A stretch of 64,000 nt of DNA from Podarcis muralis. Taxonomy: Eukaryota. Below, piece by piece: positions 13,210 to 26,144 of this stretch. How positions within the stretch are numbered: position 1 is the first letter of the stretch; each line of letters starts with the position of its first letter. The notes below the pieces were generated by a model. The model worked only from the letters and a program-made list of their open reading frames with translations, searched no databases and was not told the DNA's origin. The DNA lies in contig NC_135656.1 in the NCBI RefSeq assembly GCF_964188315.1, forward strand, positions 1,860,001 to 1,924,000, read 5' to 3'. The position numbers and the translations under genes are program-made.

Positions 13210-14373
13210 TTTGTTTGTTTTTTATAATAAGATTTTATTAAGATTTTCCAGAAATTAACAACCAACAAAAATCAACAAAAATCACAAAAAACAAATAACA
13301 AACATCAAAAATCCAAACAGAAAACAGGAAAAAGAAAAATTCATACAACAAACATCAAAAATCCAAACAGAAAAACAGAAAAAAGAAGAATACAAAGTTA
13401 ATGTTAAAAAGAGCACTCTTTCATATTGGTAACTTTCAACACCTTATTCTCTTTACTTCCACCCGCCTTCCCTTCTTGTATTCTATTTTAAAAATTAGTT
13501 CAGCAAGATCATTGATAATTCATTTTAAACCTTTATCCTTCCCTTTATAGTCTATTTATCTTAATCGCTAGAAACCCCTTCATTTAATTTTCAGAGCCCT
13601 TAGCATTCATAAATTTTACAGTGTTTTTGTAGATAGGCTTTAAACTTCTTCCAATCCTCTTCCACCTGCTCCTCTCCTTGATCTCGGATTCTGCCAGTCA
13701 TCTCTGCCAGTTCCATATAGTCTATTACTTGCATCTGCCATTCTTCCAAGGTGGGTAGGTCTTGTGTCTTCCAATGCTTTGCAATAAGTATTCTTGCTGC
13801 TGCTGTAGCGTACATAAAAAAAGTTCTATCCTTCCTTGGCACCAATTGGCCGACTATGCCAAGGAGAAAGGCCTCTGGTTTCTTCAAAAAAGTGTACCTA
13901 AATACTTTTTTCAGTTCATTATAGATCATTTCCCAGAACGCCTTAATCCTTTGGCACGTCCACCAAAGGTGAAAGAATGTACCTTCAGTCTCTTTACATT
14001 TCCAACACTTATTATCAGGCAAATGATAAATCTTTGCAAGCTTGACTGGTGTCATGTACCACCTATAGATCATTTTCATAATATTTTCTCTTAAGGCATT
14101 ACATGCCGTAAATTTCATACCGGTGGTCCACAACCGTTCCCAGTCAGCAAACATAATATTATGACCAATGTCTTGTGCCCATTTTATCATAGCCGATTTA
14201 ACCGTTTCATCCTGTGTATTCCATTTCAACAGCAAATCATACATTCTCGACAGTATCTTAGCATTGGGTTCTAACAGTTCTGTTTCCAGCTTTGATTTTT
14301 CCACCTGGAAGCCGTTTTTTCTGTCCAAATTATAGGCCTCTCTTACCTGAAAGTAATGTAACCAGTCCTGCAC
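13210..14373 (-). mobile_element. 5'-truncated L1-clade LINE in RDH8 intron 5
   Basis: About 258 open codons of ORF2 C-terminus with a Cys/His knuckle (CWKC...FFHLWWTC); polyA signal and A-rich tail; 12-bp TSD CTGCTTGCTTTG at 13198-13209 and 14374-14385. Confidence 0.9.
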
Positions 14374-14931
14374 CTGCTTGCTTTGAATCAGTTGCCATGG
14401 CCACACAATTCCTGGTAAGGTTTGGGCTGTATGCTCATCTGTGCAAGGATGATGGAACCACTAAGATGGTCCACCCTGAGACTGATGGAACCTGCTGGAT
14501 TCTTGCATGGCCTGGGGGATTTTCTGGCTGACATGGACAGTGCTCCTGTTGATGCTCTTGACTCACTGTGGAACAGTGAGGTGTCAAAGGCAGTATCCTT
14601 CTGACTACCAACTGCTAGGGATCATGGGGAGGGGGGGTTATTGTGCTCATGCACTGCTTGTGAGCTAGCCACCACGAGAGCAAAATGCTGGACTCAATAT
14701 GCCAGGATTCCTCTTCCTTTTATGTAATGGAAAGGCACCTCCCCAAAAGTCCATGAAAAAATAACAACAGTTGCCTATTGCTGTCTAGCACCGGCCTCTC
14801 CTGGACACAATGTGAGAATCACTGCTTCAAAATCAAGGAAGACCAAACACGTGAAAGCAGCAGTTGTTAGGATGGGGATGTGAAGGAGCTGTATCAAAAT
14901 ACCAACCTCTTTCCACCTTGCCTTCCTTCAG

Positions 14932-15156
14932 GCTGTTGTGAACGTCATCGCCAAGGAGCGTCCTCCTTTCCGAACACAGACGAACACCCTATATACACCA
15001 CTGGTGGCCCTGAAGTATGCGGACACCTCAGGGGATCTGTCCGTTGGCACCTACTACAACCTGCTTTTTCGCTTCACAGGCCTCTTCCACCTCAGCATGA
15101 GCTTCCTCAAATGCATCACATGCAGCTGTTTCCGGCGCCGGGTCACACCTGCTTGA
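14932..15156 (+). CDS. RDH8: RDH8 exon 6 (terminal coding exon)
   Basis: Acceptor CCTTCCTTCAG; AVVNVIAKERPPFRTQTN...KCITCSCFRRRVTPA-stop. The six exons total 951 nt = 316 aa plus stop. Candidate polyA signals ATTAAA 15327 and AATAAA 15728. Confidence 0.92.
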   Translation, partial: AVVNVIAKERPPFRTQTNTLYTPLVALKYADTSGDLSVGTYYNLLFRFTGLFHLSMSFLKCITCSCFRRRVTPA

Positions 15157-15924
15157 GGTCAGGGTGGGTGAGGCCCTGATGGCAGCAGAGCCTCACTTCT
15201 TCCCACTGCCCTGCTAAGGCTATGTCGGATGACCAGAGACATTCTGCAACAGATCAGTCCACTCCCATGTTTTAAAGCTACCAGGTTCTGGTGAATTTAC
15301 AGATAAGGAATGTGTGCTGGGAAGGAATTAAAGACAACAGGTCCTTTGGGGTGTGAGTAGAGATGTCAGAGCTTTCCAACAGAAAAAGGAGCAGGACTTG
15401 CCAATGTTTGTTTACTTGTCCCATGTTTGAACAGAAATCAACCCAGCGAATGCCATTGGGATTTGCTGTTGTTATTGCTTTCAGTCCTCAAATGATACAT
15501 AATTGATTACATTTCCCTCTATTTGCATTGAAATGAACAGGGTAGAATAATGTAACAGCAACATACTTTATGTAATTAAGTGCATAAATTATGTGAGTCG
15601 CATAATTTCACCACAGCAGACAGCAAGACCAATAGCACAGTTTGCGGCAGAAGGTAAACTGCAGCAGAATGCAGCCGTGCTGCATGCGACAAACACAGGG
15701 TGGAATGTTGCCTCCAGTGAAGTTTGAAATAAATCCAGGACAAAAACGAGGCAGAAGTGTGAGGGGAAATTGAAAGGATATTGGTATATTTCAGTGAACT
15801 TTCTCAGACTCTAAATAACCTTGACAGAACTGTGCAAGTCTGGTGAGGGGAAGCAGCCCCTTGGGACCTGGCAAAAAACTCATATAAAGTCTTAAGGCCC
15901 TCCTCATACAGGGTTCTTGTTCCC

Positions 15925-16270
15925 ATAAAGCTGAATAGTGGAGCATTCAGGACAGACCAAAAGAAGCACTTCTTCACACAGTACATATTTATAGCTATGG
16001 GATTTGCTGCCAGAAGATGTAATGATGGCTACCAGCTTAGATAGCTTTCAAAGAGGGCTTAAACAAATTCAAGGAGGGTAAGGCTACCAGTGGCTCTCAG
16101 CCATGATGGCACTACCACCTGAGTGAGAAGCTGATACCAGCTGCTGGGGAGCATCAGTGGAGAGAAGATGCTGTTGCCCTCAAGTCCAGCTTGTGGGTTT
16201 TTCCTAGGCATCTGCTTGGCCAATTTGAGAACCAGGAGCTGAACTAGATGCACCTGATCCAGCAGGGCTC
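15925..16270 (+). mobile_element. Degenerate CR1 3' fragment
   Basis: Decayed FRTD..K.FFTQ...LWDLLPEDV.MATSLD-type sequence. Confidence 0.6.
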
Positions 16271-17609
16271 TTTCATTATGTTCCACAAGCCTGGCCACCT
16301 GCCCCACCCTACCGCCCTCCTTAGCCAGTTAATATGATCATCAGTAAGAATTTATATGGCATTTGTATCCACAGATAATTGTTTGCCAATTCTAATCTCC
16401 CAAAATGAGTGCCAGTGCTGAGTAGTGGTTGGTGAACTTCATCCTCACCAAGCAGGGTAGAAGCTTGCCATGTGACCTATAAGGAAAATCATTATTATGC
16501 CAAAAGGAAAATCATGAATGGTGTTCTGGAGATGGGCCTGGGAAAGTCAGCCTGTGAATGAGACTGTTTTCCTGGAGACGAATGGTTTGTCAAGGAGGAT
16601 ACAATGAGCAGTGCATGTGCCATGCAACTGGTGACACTGCCCGTTAAGGCCACATGGGCAGTTCGCCATTCCAAGCTTTTGTATAGACAATGTGCAGGAG
16701 AGATATTTCAGTAGCATAGACACTTATACCCATGCAGAATAGTTACTTAGAGTAAGATTGCACATTTGATCAATCACTTTGATTAACTAGTTTACATTAA
16801 AAAATTGGTCAATTAAAAGGGCACCTTCAAGTAACTGGGCACCATATTTTCTTTAGTGTGTTATTTTAAATATATGTTTTCAAAGCACTGATAGAAGGTG
16901 CTTCAAAGTGGCACTTCCCTTCCTCTACCCCCCGCCCCCCATGGAAGGAATGCTAAGACACACAACTGCACCACATATAGGCATCATTTCAGGGCTGGCT
17001 CCAGGTTTGGGGGCTGTGGGCAAGAGACCTTGTGCACTCACCCATGCATATAGACACTTGTTGTGGGGCAGTGAAGGGGAGAACACCAGAAGTCAGTGCT
17101 GTAGCTCCCTTGCTCTGGGCCACCAGAGAGCAGCTCCCTCCTCACCACTGCCAGTGCAGCAGTGAGTCCAGACAGAGAGGGCTCTGCAGCTACCTGGTTG
17201 CTGTTCCTCCCCTGTCACTACCATAGAAGTCCCTGTTCTCTTCATTGCCATCACTGGTGAGAAGCTGCCAAAGCTCTCTGCCTCCGGTGGATGCTATTCT
17301 TGCTCCTCTTTGTTGTCTGGGGGGTAGGGGTTCTGATGGGTTCCTCCTCCTCCTCTGCCAAAGGAGGAACCTAGGTGGCCTTCTACACATGGCGGAGCAT
17401 ACACGCACAAGGCTAAACAAAATGGTGGCATCCAGTCAGACAGTGTAGATGGCAGTGAACCTCCTCAGGTGGCTGGCAATGCTGACTCCTGGCCCAACAT
17501 TAAAACATACAACCTTTTTCTTCAGAATGTTTTTATTCTTTTGCACAGAACAATCCTATGCATGTTTACTCAGAAGTTAGTCCTATTAAGTTCCATTATG
17601 CTTACACCC

Positions 17610-17960
17610 GAGGGATGCGGGTGGCGCTGTGGGTTAAACCACAGAGCCTAGGACTTTCCAATCAGAAGGTCGGCGGTTCGAATCCCCGCGACGGGGCAAG
17701 CTCCCGTTGCTCAGTCCCAGCTCCTGCCCACCTACCAGTTCGAAAGCACGTCAAAGTGCAAGTAGATAAATAGGTACTGCTCTGGTGGGAAGGTAAACGG
17801 CGTTTCGGTGCGCTGCTCTGGTTCAACAGAAGCGGCTTAGTCCTGCTGGCCACATGACCCGGAAGCTGTACGCCGGCTCGCTCGGCCAATAAAGCAAGAT
17901 GAGCGCCGCAACCCCAGAGTTGGTCATGACTGGACCTAATGGCCAGGGGTCCCTTTACCT
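17610..17960 (+). mobile_element. Sauria SINE
   Basis: Pol III A box TGGCGCTGTGG, B box GGTTCGAATCC, ACCTTT tail; 14-bp TSD TTATGCTTACACCC at 17596-17609 and 17961-17974. Confidence 0.92.
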
Positions 17961-18079
17961 TTATGCTTACACCCACGGGGTGCGTGAAGACAGGATTCCA
18001 GCCATAATATTTTGTGTGAGTCAAACCTCATGGAAGGAAAAGGTTCAGGGTCCTTCCACACCAGGCATTCAGTGTAGTT

Positions 18080-18750
18080 ATACAGAAGCTATTCCAAATG
18101 TGTAAAGATGTTTCAAATGTTTACTGGAAATCCCAAGAACATGAAGGGACTTTTTATCATGTAAAAAGGCTTTAAAAAAATGGATACAATTACATACATT
18201 GATTCAGCAGATTTTAAAGGTTAATATTCAACTGAAGCCAGAACTTTTTCTCTTGGGGCTAATGGACACATAATTAGAAAAGGGCTATGGAAGATTATTC
18301 CAATATATGACTACATTTGTGAGACTGCTATATGCACAAAGATCTGGCTGAGATGGCAAAGTTAAGATGTTTAATTTGAGAAAAATCGTAACTGACATTT
18401 GTTAAGGATTGGAAATTTCTTGTGGATTTTTTGTTTGAAAGAGAAAATGAGCTTATAGTATCAGGATTTGAATACTGAAAAAATATCGGTTTATAGAAGA
18501 TAGAATGCAGAACCGAGACCTGGAAGTCCTTTTACACTCTTTTCTTTCTGTAGTTTTTACTTTCTTTCACTTTCCTCTCCCTTTCTCTTTTCTTTTTAGG
18601 TCTCTCCTTTTCCTCTTTCTGACCTTGTTCTTTTTCAGACACAGTAGCTGTCTTATCTTAGTATATTACAAAAAGATACGGTACTTTGTAATGGCTATGT
18701 ATTTTTGTATATATGAATAAGAATCAATTCATAAGTTAATTAAAAAAAAC
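18080..18750 (+). mobile_element. Degenerate L1-clade 3' end
   Basis: Decayed LKPELFLLGL...RLLYAQ homologous to the intron-5 L1 ORF end; pyrimidine-rich 3' UTR and A tail. Confidence 0.55.
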
Positions 18751-18829
18751 TAGGCATTCAGCATGGGATTGCCATGTGTCGTTAATCCTGACAAGAAAAA
18801 AGTACTGTTTTTGGAGGACGGGGGTGGGC

Positions 18830-19552
18830 GGGTATGTGGGACTCCCTGGTCCTGAATGGGGTAACTGTGCCCCTGAGGGACCAGGTGTGCAGCCTGGAAG
18901 TCATTTTGGACTCACAGCTATCGATGGAGATGGAGGTCAATTCTGTGACCAGGGCAGCTGTCTACTAGCTCCATCTGCTACGTAGGCTGAGACCCTCCCT
19001 GCCTGTGGACCATCTTGCCAGAGTGGTGCCTGCTCTGATTATCTCCCACTTGGACTGCTGCAATGCACTCTACGTGGGGCTATCTTTGAAGTTGACTCAG
19101 AAACTGCAATTAATCCAGAATGCGGCAGTTAGATTGGTAACCGCCAAGACCATAGAACACTGGTCCTGAGAGACCTACCGTACATTGGCTCCCAGTACGT
19201 TTCCGAGCACAATTCAAAGCGTTGGTGCTGACCTTGAAAGCCCTAAACGGCCGCGGCCCAGTAGACCTGAAGGAGCGTCTCCACCCCAATCATTCACTGA
19301 GGTCCAGCTCTGAGGGCCTTCTGGCGGTTCCCTCACTACGAGAAATGAGGTTATAGGGAACCAGGCAGAGGGCCTTCTCGGTAGTGGCACCTGCCCTGTG
19401 GAACGCCCTCCCAGCAGATGTCAAGGCAATAAAAAACTATCTGACTTTTAGAAGACATCTGAAGGCAGGCTTTTTTAGGGAAGTTTTTAGTGCTTGGGGT
19501 TTTATTTTCTTTTTAGATATGCTTTAATCTACCAGAGCGGCTGGGGAAACCA
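18830..19552 (+). mobile_element. L2 LINE 3' fragment
   Basis: Decayed GVTVPLRDQV.SL.VILDS and HWLPVRFRAQFK.LVL motifs, followed by the L2 3' end fused to a Sauria SINE tail (19553-19575). Confidence 0.75.
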
Positions 19553-20796
19553 GGGGTCCCTTTACCTTTACAGCCATTAGAATTAATGAACCTAAGCGGG
19601 AGTACTGGAAATAAAAGTTAGTTGAATACAACCCATTATTTAATTGCTGGTAAGATATTGCTGGTTATGGGGGAGGAAGCAGGGAGAGAGATTTACTTCT
19701 TCAAGCTCCCTTCCCCTCTTGTTTCTCCTTTTCCCTGCCTTGGCTGCGATCCTGTTTGCACTCACCGGCACCACCCTTAGAAGAAGGGAGGCATTTCAAC
19801 TGACACATCTCAAGATAATTCATCTCAGCTAGCACCTCCTGCCGAGAAGGCTCCGCAGCGAAAGCACAGAGAGAGGGGTGGCGAGGGCTGCCGCACAGCC
19901 AGAATGTTATCCCCCTGGCCAACGACCAGAGCTGGAGGAGGCAAATCGAGAAGGAAGGCAGGCAACCAGGACAGCACATGCCGGAGCTGGCTTCGTGCCC
20001 AAGAGCCCGACAAGAGCGCAGGACCTCAGGGTGAGGGGCAAGTGCCCCCCTTGGCTTTGGACCAGCCGGTGGGGGAAATCCGAAAGAAGAAACGCGGGCA
20101 GAAAAATCGTATGTCTGAGAGAAGGGGCTCCAGCTGCTGTCATCGTCCCTTTTTCCACAGCGAGGGAGAAGGCGCGGCCCGGATCCGAATCCCGCGGACC
20201 GCCTGGGAACTACTTATCCCAGAGTGCTTTGCGTCTCTAAGCGACGGCATGACGCTACAGGTTCTGATTGGCCACAGACAGCACAAGGTCACAAGGAGGC
20301 GAACAAAGCAATGGGCACAAAGGCTGCTGGGAAGTGAGGCGTCGCGGTTTCCTGCCCGGAGACCAGGCTTTTGTTCGCTGGCTTTTGTCTGCCTGCCCGT
20401 CCCTCCGCGTCCGGAATCCTCCTGCGGCTGCTAAGCCAGTTTGGAGCCTTACTCTCTAGCGGGGGACAGCGAGGGGAGGAGCGGAGTTCTGCGCAAAAAG
20501 CCCCTTCGAGGTTAACCTAGGGCCGTGATCCAAGGCTGCCTCCCCTAGAAATTTCACTGAAGAACCAATAGGGTGCTTTTTTAACTCAAAAAACGGTCAG
20601 AAGCGGGAGACAAAAAAATGATTCACGGCGTTGCATCGGAGCATTTTTTAAAAATGAACAGAACCGTAAAAGGCCACCGCACATCTCGACTTTCTTAATT
20701 TACGTACATACACGTCGGACCAGTTGCAAATCAAGCAACTACCGCCTTTTCACAAGCTCCCATCCCTACCTTGTTAACGTTACTCTATGAGGAAAA

Positions 20797-20838
20797 TTCC
20801 AGCTTTTTATGAATGAGTAGGTGGCCCTTAAAAGGGCC
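20797..20838 (-). terminator. H4 3' stem-loop and downstream element
   Basis: Minus strand GGCCCT-TTTA-AGGGCC (20823-20838), then AAAAAGCTGG. Confidence 0.9.
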
Positions 20839-20870
20839 TTTGGATTTTTTGTTGTTCGCTGCAGGAATAT

Positions 20871-21218
<348 letters not shown>

Positions 21219-21248
21219 TTATGCAGGAGAGAAAAGAACTCGGCTGAA

Positions 21249-21281
21249 TTATATACTCTGTATGCGGACCAGAATGAAAAC
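21249..21281 (-). promoter_or_regulatory. H4 proximal promoter (site II-like element plus TATA)
   Basis: Minus strand GTTTTCATTCTGGTCCG, close to the vertebrate H4 site II consensus GGTTTTCAATCTGGTCCG; TATATAA at 21249-21255. Confidence 0.8.
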
Positions 21282-23170
21282 TGGCAGCTCCAGGGAGGGC
21301 GGTGCTACCTAACTACGCCTCTCTCGCTATAGGGCGCTGCTCCTCAAATGAGCAGCGGGAGATTTTCAAAATGCCCAATCGCAAATCGCCGCTTCAAGCT
21401 GAATAATTTGGCGCCGTTCGTTTGCTCTTGAGTCTGCGTAGAAGAGAACGCTCTCAGGTTGCCCAGAGGAGGGAAGAGAGAGCAGACAAACAAGCAAACA
21501 ATGGATACAAAACTGCCCAACGGAACTCGTTCGTCCCTCCCCTTCTTATTTGCGCTACTTTGTTAGCAGAGGGCAAATTGTGAAACTGTTGCAAGATAGA
21601 AACGATAATACCTTCGCTGAAAACGTCGGTCCTCTTTCTTTGACGCTGTAAATGAAGTTTAGGAATGAGAGCAGCCTGCGCCCATGTGCATTTGTGATAA
21701 ATTATTTTGACACCTGCATACAATTAATAAACTACGGAGACGCCAAAGACGCCTTAATGTAAGCCGTGCTGTCACCTACTGAGGAAGAAAAGTGTGTTTT
21801 CTTGCAGGAGTCCTGTGGAGAAGACCATGTTTTCAGTGGAAACTGGTGCATATGCGATTTCTGTTGAAAACTGTCTCTGCTTTGATTGCAATGAGATTAA
21901 ATCCAAACGTGTTTTGGAACATGGATGGAGGGGAGAAGCCCAATATTAAAAAATAAAAAAAATCTGGTCCCGATTCCTACTTGGTGTGCTTAAGTATTTG
22001 ATTTCTTCTCTCTCTCTCTCTACACACACACACAAACACACAAACAAATATATGATGGACTTTGGAGAGTGAAGTGTAGTGTAATAAAATATGAGTTATG
22101 GTACCAGGAGTTGCCTATTCAGATCCCTGATCAAACTTGAAACTCCCTGGACTACCTTGGCAATATTTTCTTTTCAGTAGTAGTTTACCACCTAAACCAA
22201 ATCTACCTTATTGGGCTGTTATAAATCTCAGGATTAAGTTGTGGTAAATGCCCCCCCCCCTTACATGCCATCACTAGGGGTGACGTATAGGAACAATGAA
22301 GATTAACTTAATTTGGAAGTTTCAATTCCAGAACATGAAAGTTCTGCTGCATCCTCATTTTTAATACACATATCATTAGCAAAACCCACAGGCTACATCC
22401 AAATCAGGGCTTCTAGAATAAATACCCTTTAATTTAAAACTTGCAAACCTTATTCCTAATTTAATATCAACTCCTTCAGTAGCTCCTCATTGTGACCTTA
22501 GAGAGGAAGAATGCCTGTCATAGGTTGTAAAACAAATGTCAGATATACCTTTATTTGCCTCCCAATTTAGGATTGCACTTCATGTATGATCTAGTTTATT
22601 CTTGCATCGCAGAGGGTTGGACTAGATGACCCTCAACAACCAGTCCCACTATATAATTCTATGTATCTTGAAGGATGTGGGGCTGTGATACATTAAATTA
22701 AAACATGTCACTTTTAGCTACTCATAAAAATTAGTTGTAGAAGCTTGTCCAGAAATTAGGAGTCTCTATTGTAAACGCCAGGCCTAGTTATTCTGTTGCA
22801 AAGTTTATGCTCCCATCATCCAAAGCACATTCTTAGCATATTATTGATTCACCACAAACTCAAGTTTACTGTATAAAGCTTCTGTAAGTTTTTGAAAATA
22901 CTATGCATAGCCTTGTGAAGCACACCTGCTCAAGGTGTATTGAGCTATGCCACCACTCTAACCTACAAGTAGTTTTTTTCCCCATAAGCTGCCCTACCTA
23001 ACTTGGTTTCATGCAATATGGGAAAGAATCACAGAACACAAAATACTGTATGGCATAATACTTTACATGGGGAAAGAGTGTCTTTAGAGCACCACCACGT
23101 ATGTTTTAATAGTTAATAAAAATTGGTGTGCAATGTCAGCATTTATGGGAACTCAGGATGAAAAATGACT

Positions 23171-23211
23171 CAAGCTCTTTTGTGAGAAAGTGGGTGGCTC
23201 TTAAAAGAGCC
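23171..23211 (-). terminator. H2B 3' stem-loop and downstream element
   Basis: GGCTCT-TTTA-AGAGCC (23196-23211), then CAAAAGAGCTTG. Confidence 0.9.
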
Positions 23212-23250
23212 TTTGGGTTATTGAGTTCTTTGCTAAGCAGCACGATCTGC

Positions 23251-24481
<1,231 letters not shown>

Positions 24482-24536
24482 ACCTTGGCTGCCCCCCAAA
24501 GGGAAAAAAAACCCCTCGCTGAACGCTGAACCCAAA

Positions 24537-24577
24537 GGCTCTTTTCAGAGCCACCCACGTTTTCCTGAAAAGAGCTG
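24537..24577 (+). terminator. H2A 3' stem-loop and downstream element
   Basis: GGCTCT-TTTC-AGAGCC (24537-24552), then AAAAGAGCTG. Confidence 0.92.
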
Positions 24578-25640
24578 AGTCCAGGCTGTTGGTGACTTTG
24601 GAAAGCAAGTTGTCTTGTGCTTAGAACGGGATTCAAAATATTCCTACCTCTTAAGGTTAAATCGCATAAATCCGCGAGGAACAATTGCCATTCCACCAAG
24701 TTAGGTGAAGCTGAGCCTTGTTTTAGTTGTACTTTCCGTGGTTGAGAAGTATTGGCTGTTCGGGATATCAATAATGCCCGCTGATGAACAGCTCTTGGTT
24801 CACACAGTCGTTACCCGCCCCCATTTTATATCTAAAATACACCTTGTGGTACTCGAACATATAAATATTAGAAAACGAATTGGCATGCCAAGGCAATCCT
24901 CGCTCCGAGGCATCTGGCTCTGATGCAGCCTGAGAAAGAATTACGTATGTGTAACGCGGGAGCTGACACATAGTATTAAAAACTACTCTTTAACCCTGGT
25001 ATTTTTACTGACTCCCCGTAAAATCAAAGGATTCGTCGGTAGGGGGTACGATTCTGAACCAATCATTGCGTAGCGCGGGGTTTTTTAGCTCTATAACTGC
25101 CTCTGCCTGTTAAGTTCAAAGAAGCCTATTCAGCTCCTCATCTCAAAAGCTGCTGCTAATTTAATTCTCTTTGATCCAAAAACGGTTGTCACACTAGGTG
25201 GGGGTTGGGGTGCCCTGTGGTCGCAAATCGGGCACGGCAGCAACTTTAAGATACACGCTATTGGAGCTGGGATTACCGCTAAACACTGTTTCACTCCACA
25301 CGCATGATATGTGTTGTTCTTTACTTTCACAACAACACTGTGAAGTAGGATAGGCCGGGATTCGCGCACGCCCCGACCAAATGGTAATTTTATAGGTCGT
25401 GTGCTTAGGATCCACGATATAACTGGAGCACCTTTCAGGCAGAAGGTCTGGGAGGGGACCGAGAGCTCAGAGGTGGCCTCCAATCCCTTCCAAGCCCGGG
25501 AAATTCAAACCCCTGAGCCGCTACGCTCGCGCTCTCGGCCAATCAGGGAAGGAGGATTTCCCTATAAATTCTCTGCTCCCAGGTCCTCTCCCCCGCTTTG
25601 CATCCGTCCTGCAGGAGCGAGCTGCTGTCTCGCTGTTTGA

Positions 25641-26060
<420 letters not shown>

Positions 26061-26102
26061 GCTGCTTCCCAGTCGCTACAGCACAGCTGGAAATAACCCA
26101 AA

Positions 26103-26144
26103 GGCTCTTTTAAGGGCCACCCACATAACAAAAAAAGGAGCTGT
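26103..26144 (+). terminator. H3 3' stem-loop (one U-G wobble) and downstream element
   Basis: GGCTCT-TTTA-AGGGCC (26103-26118), then AAAGGAGCTGT. Confidence 0.85.

Noticed and set aside
17610-17700. tRNA-like A/B boxes (also at 38.6, 41.1, 45.6 and 59.4 kb)
   Set aside because: These are SINE heads followed by SINE bodies and tails; no intact cloverleaf, so no tRNA gene is called.
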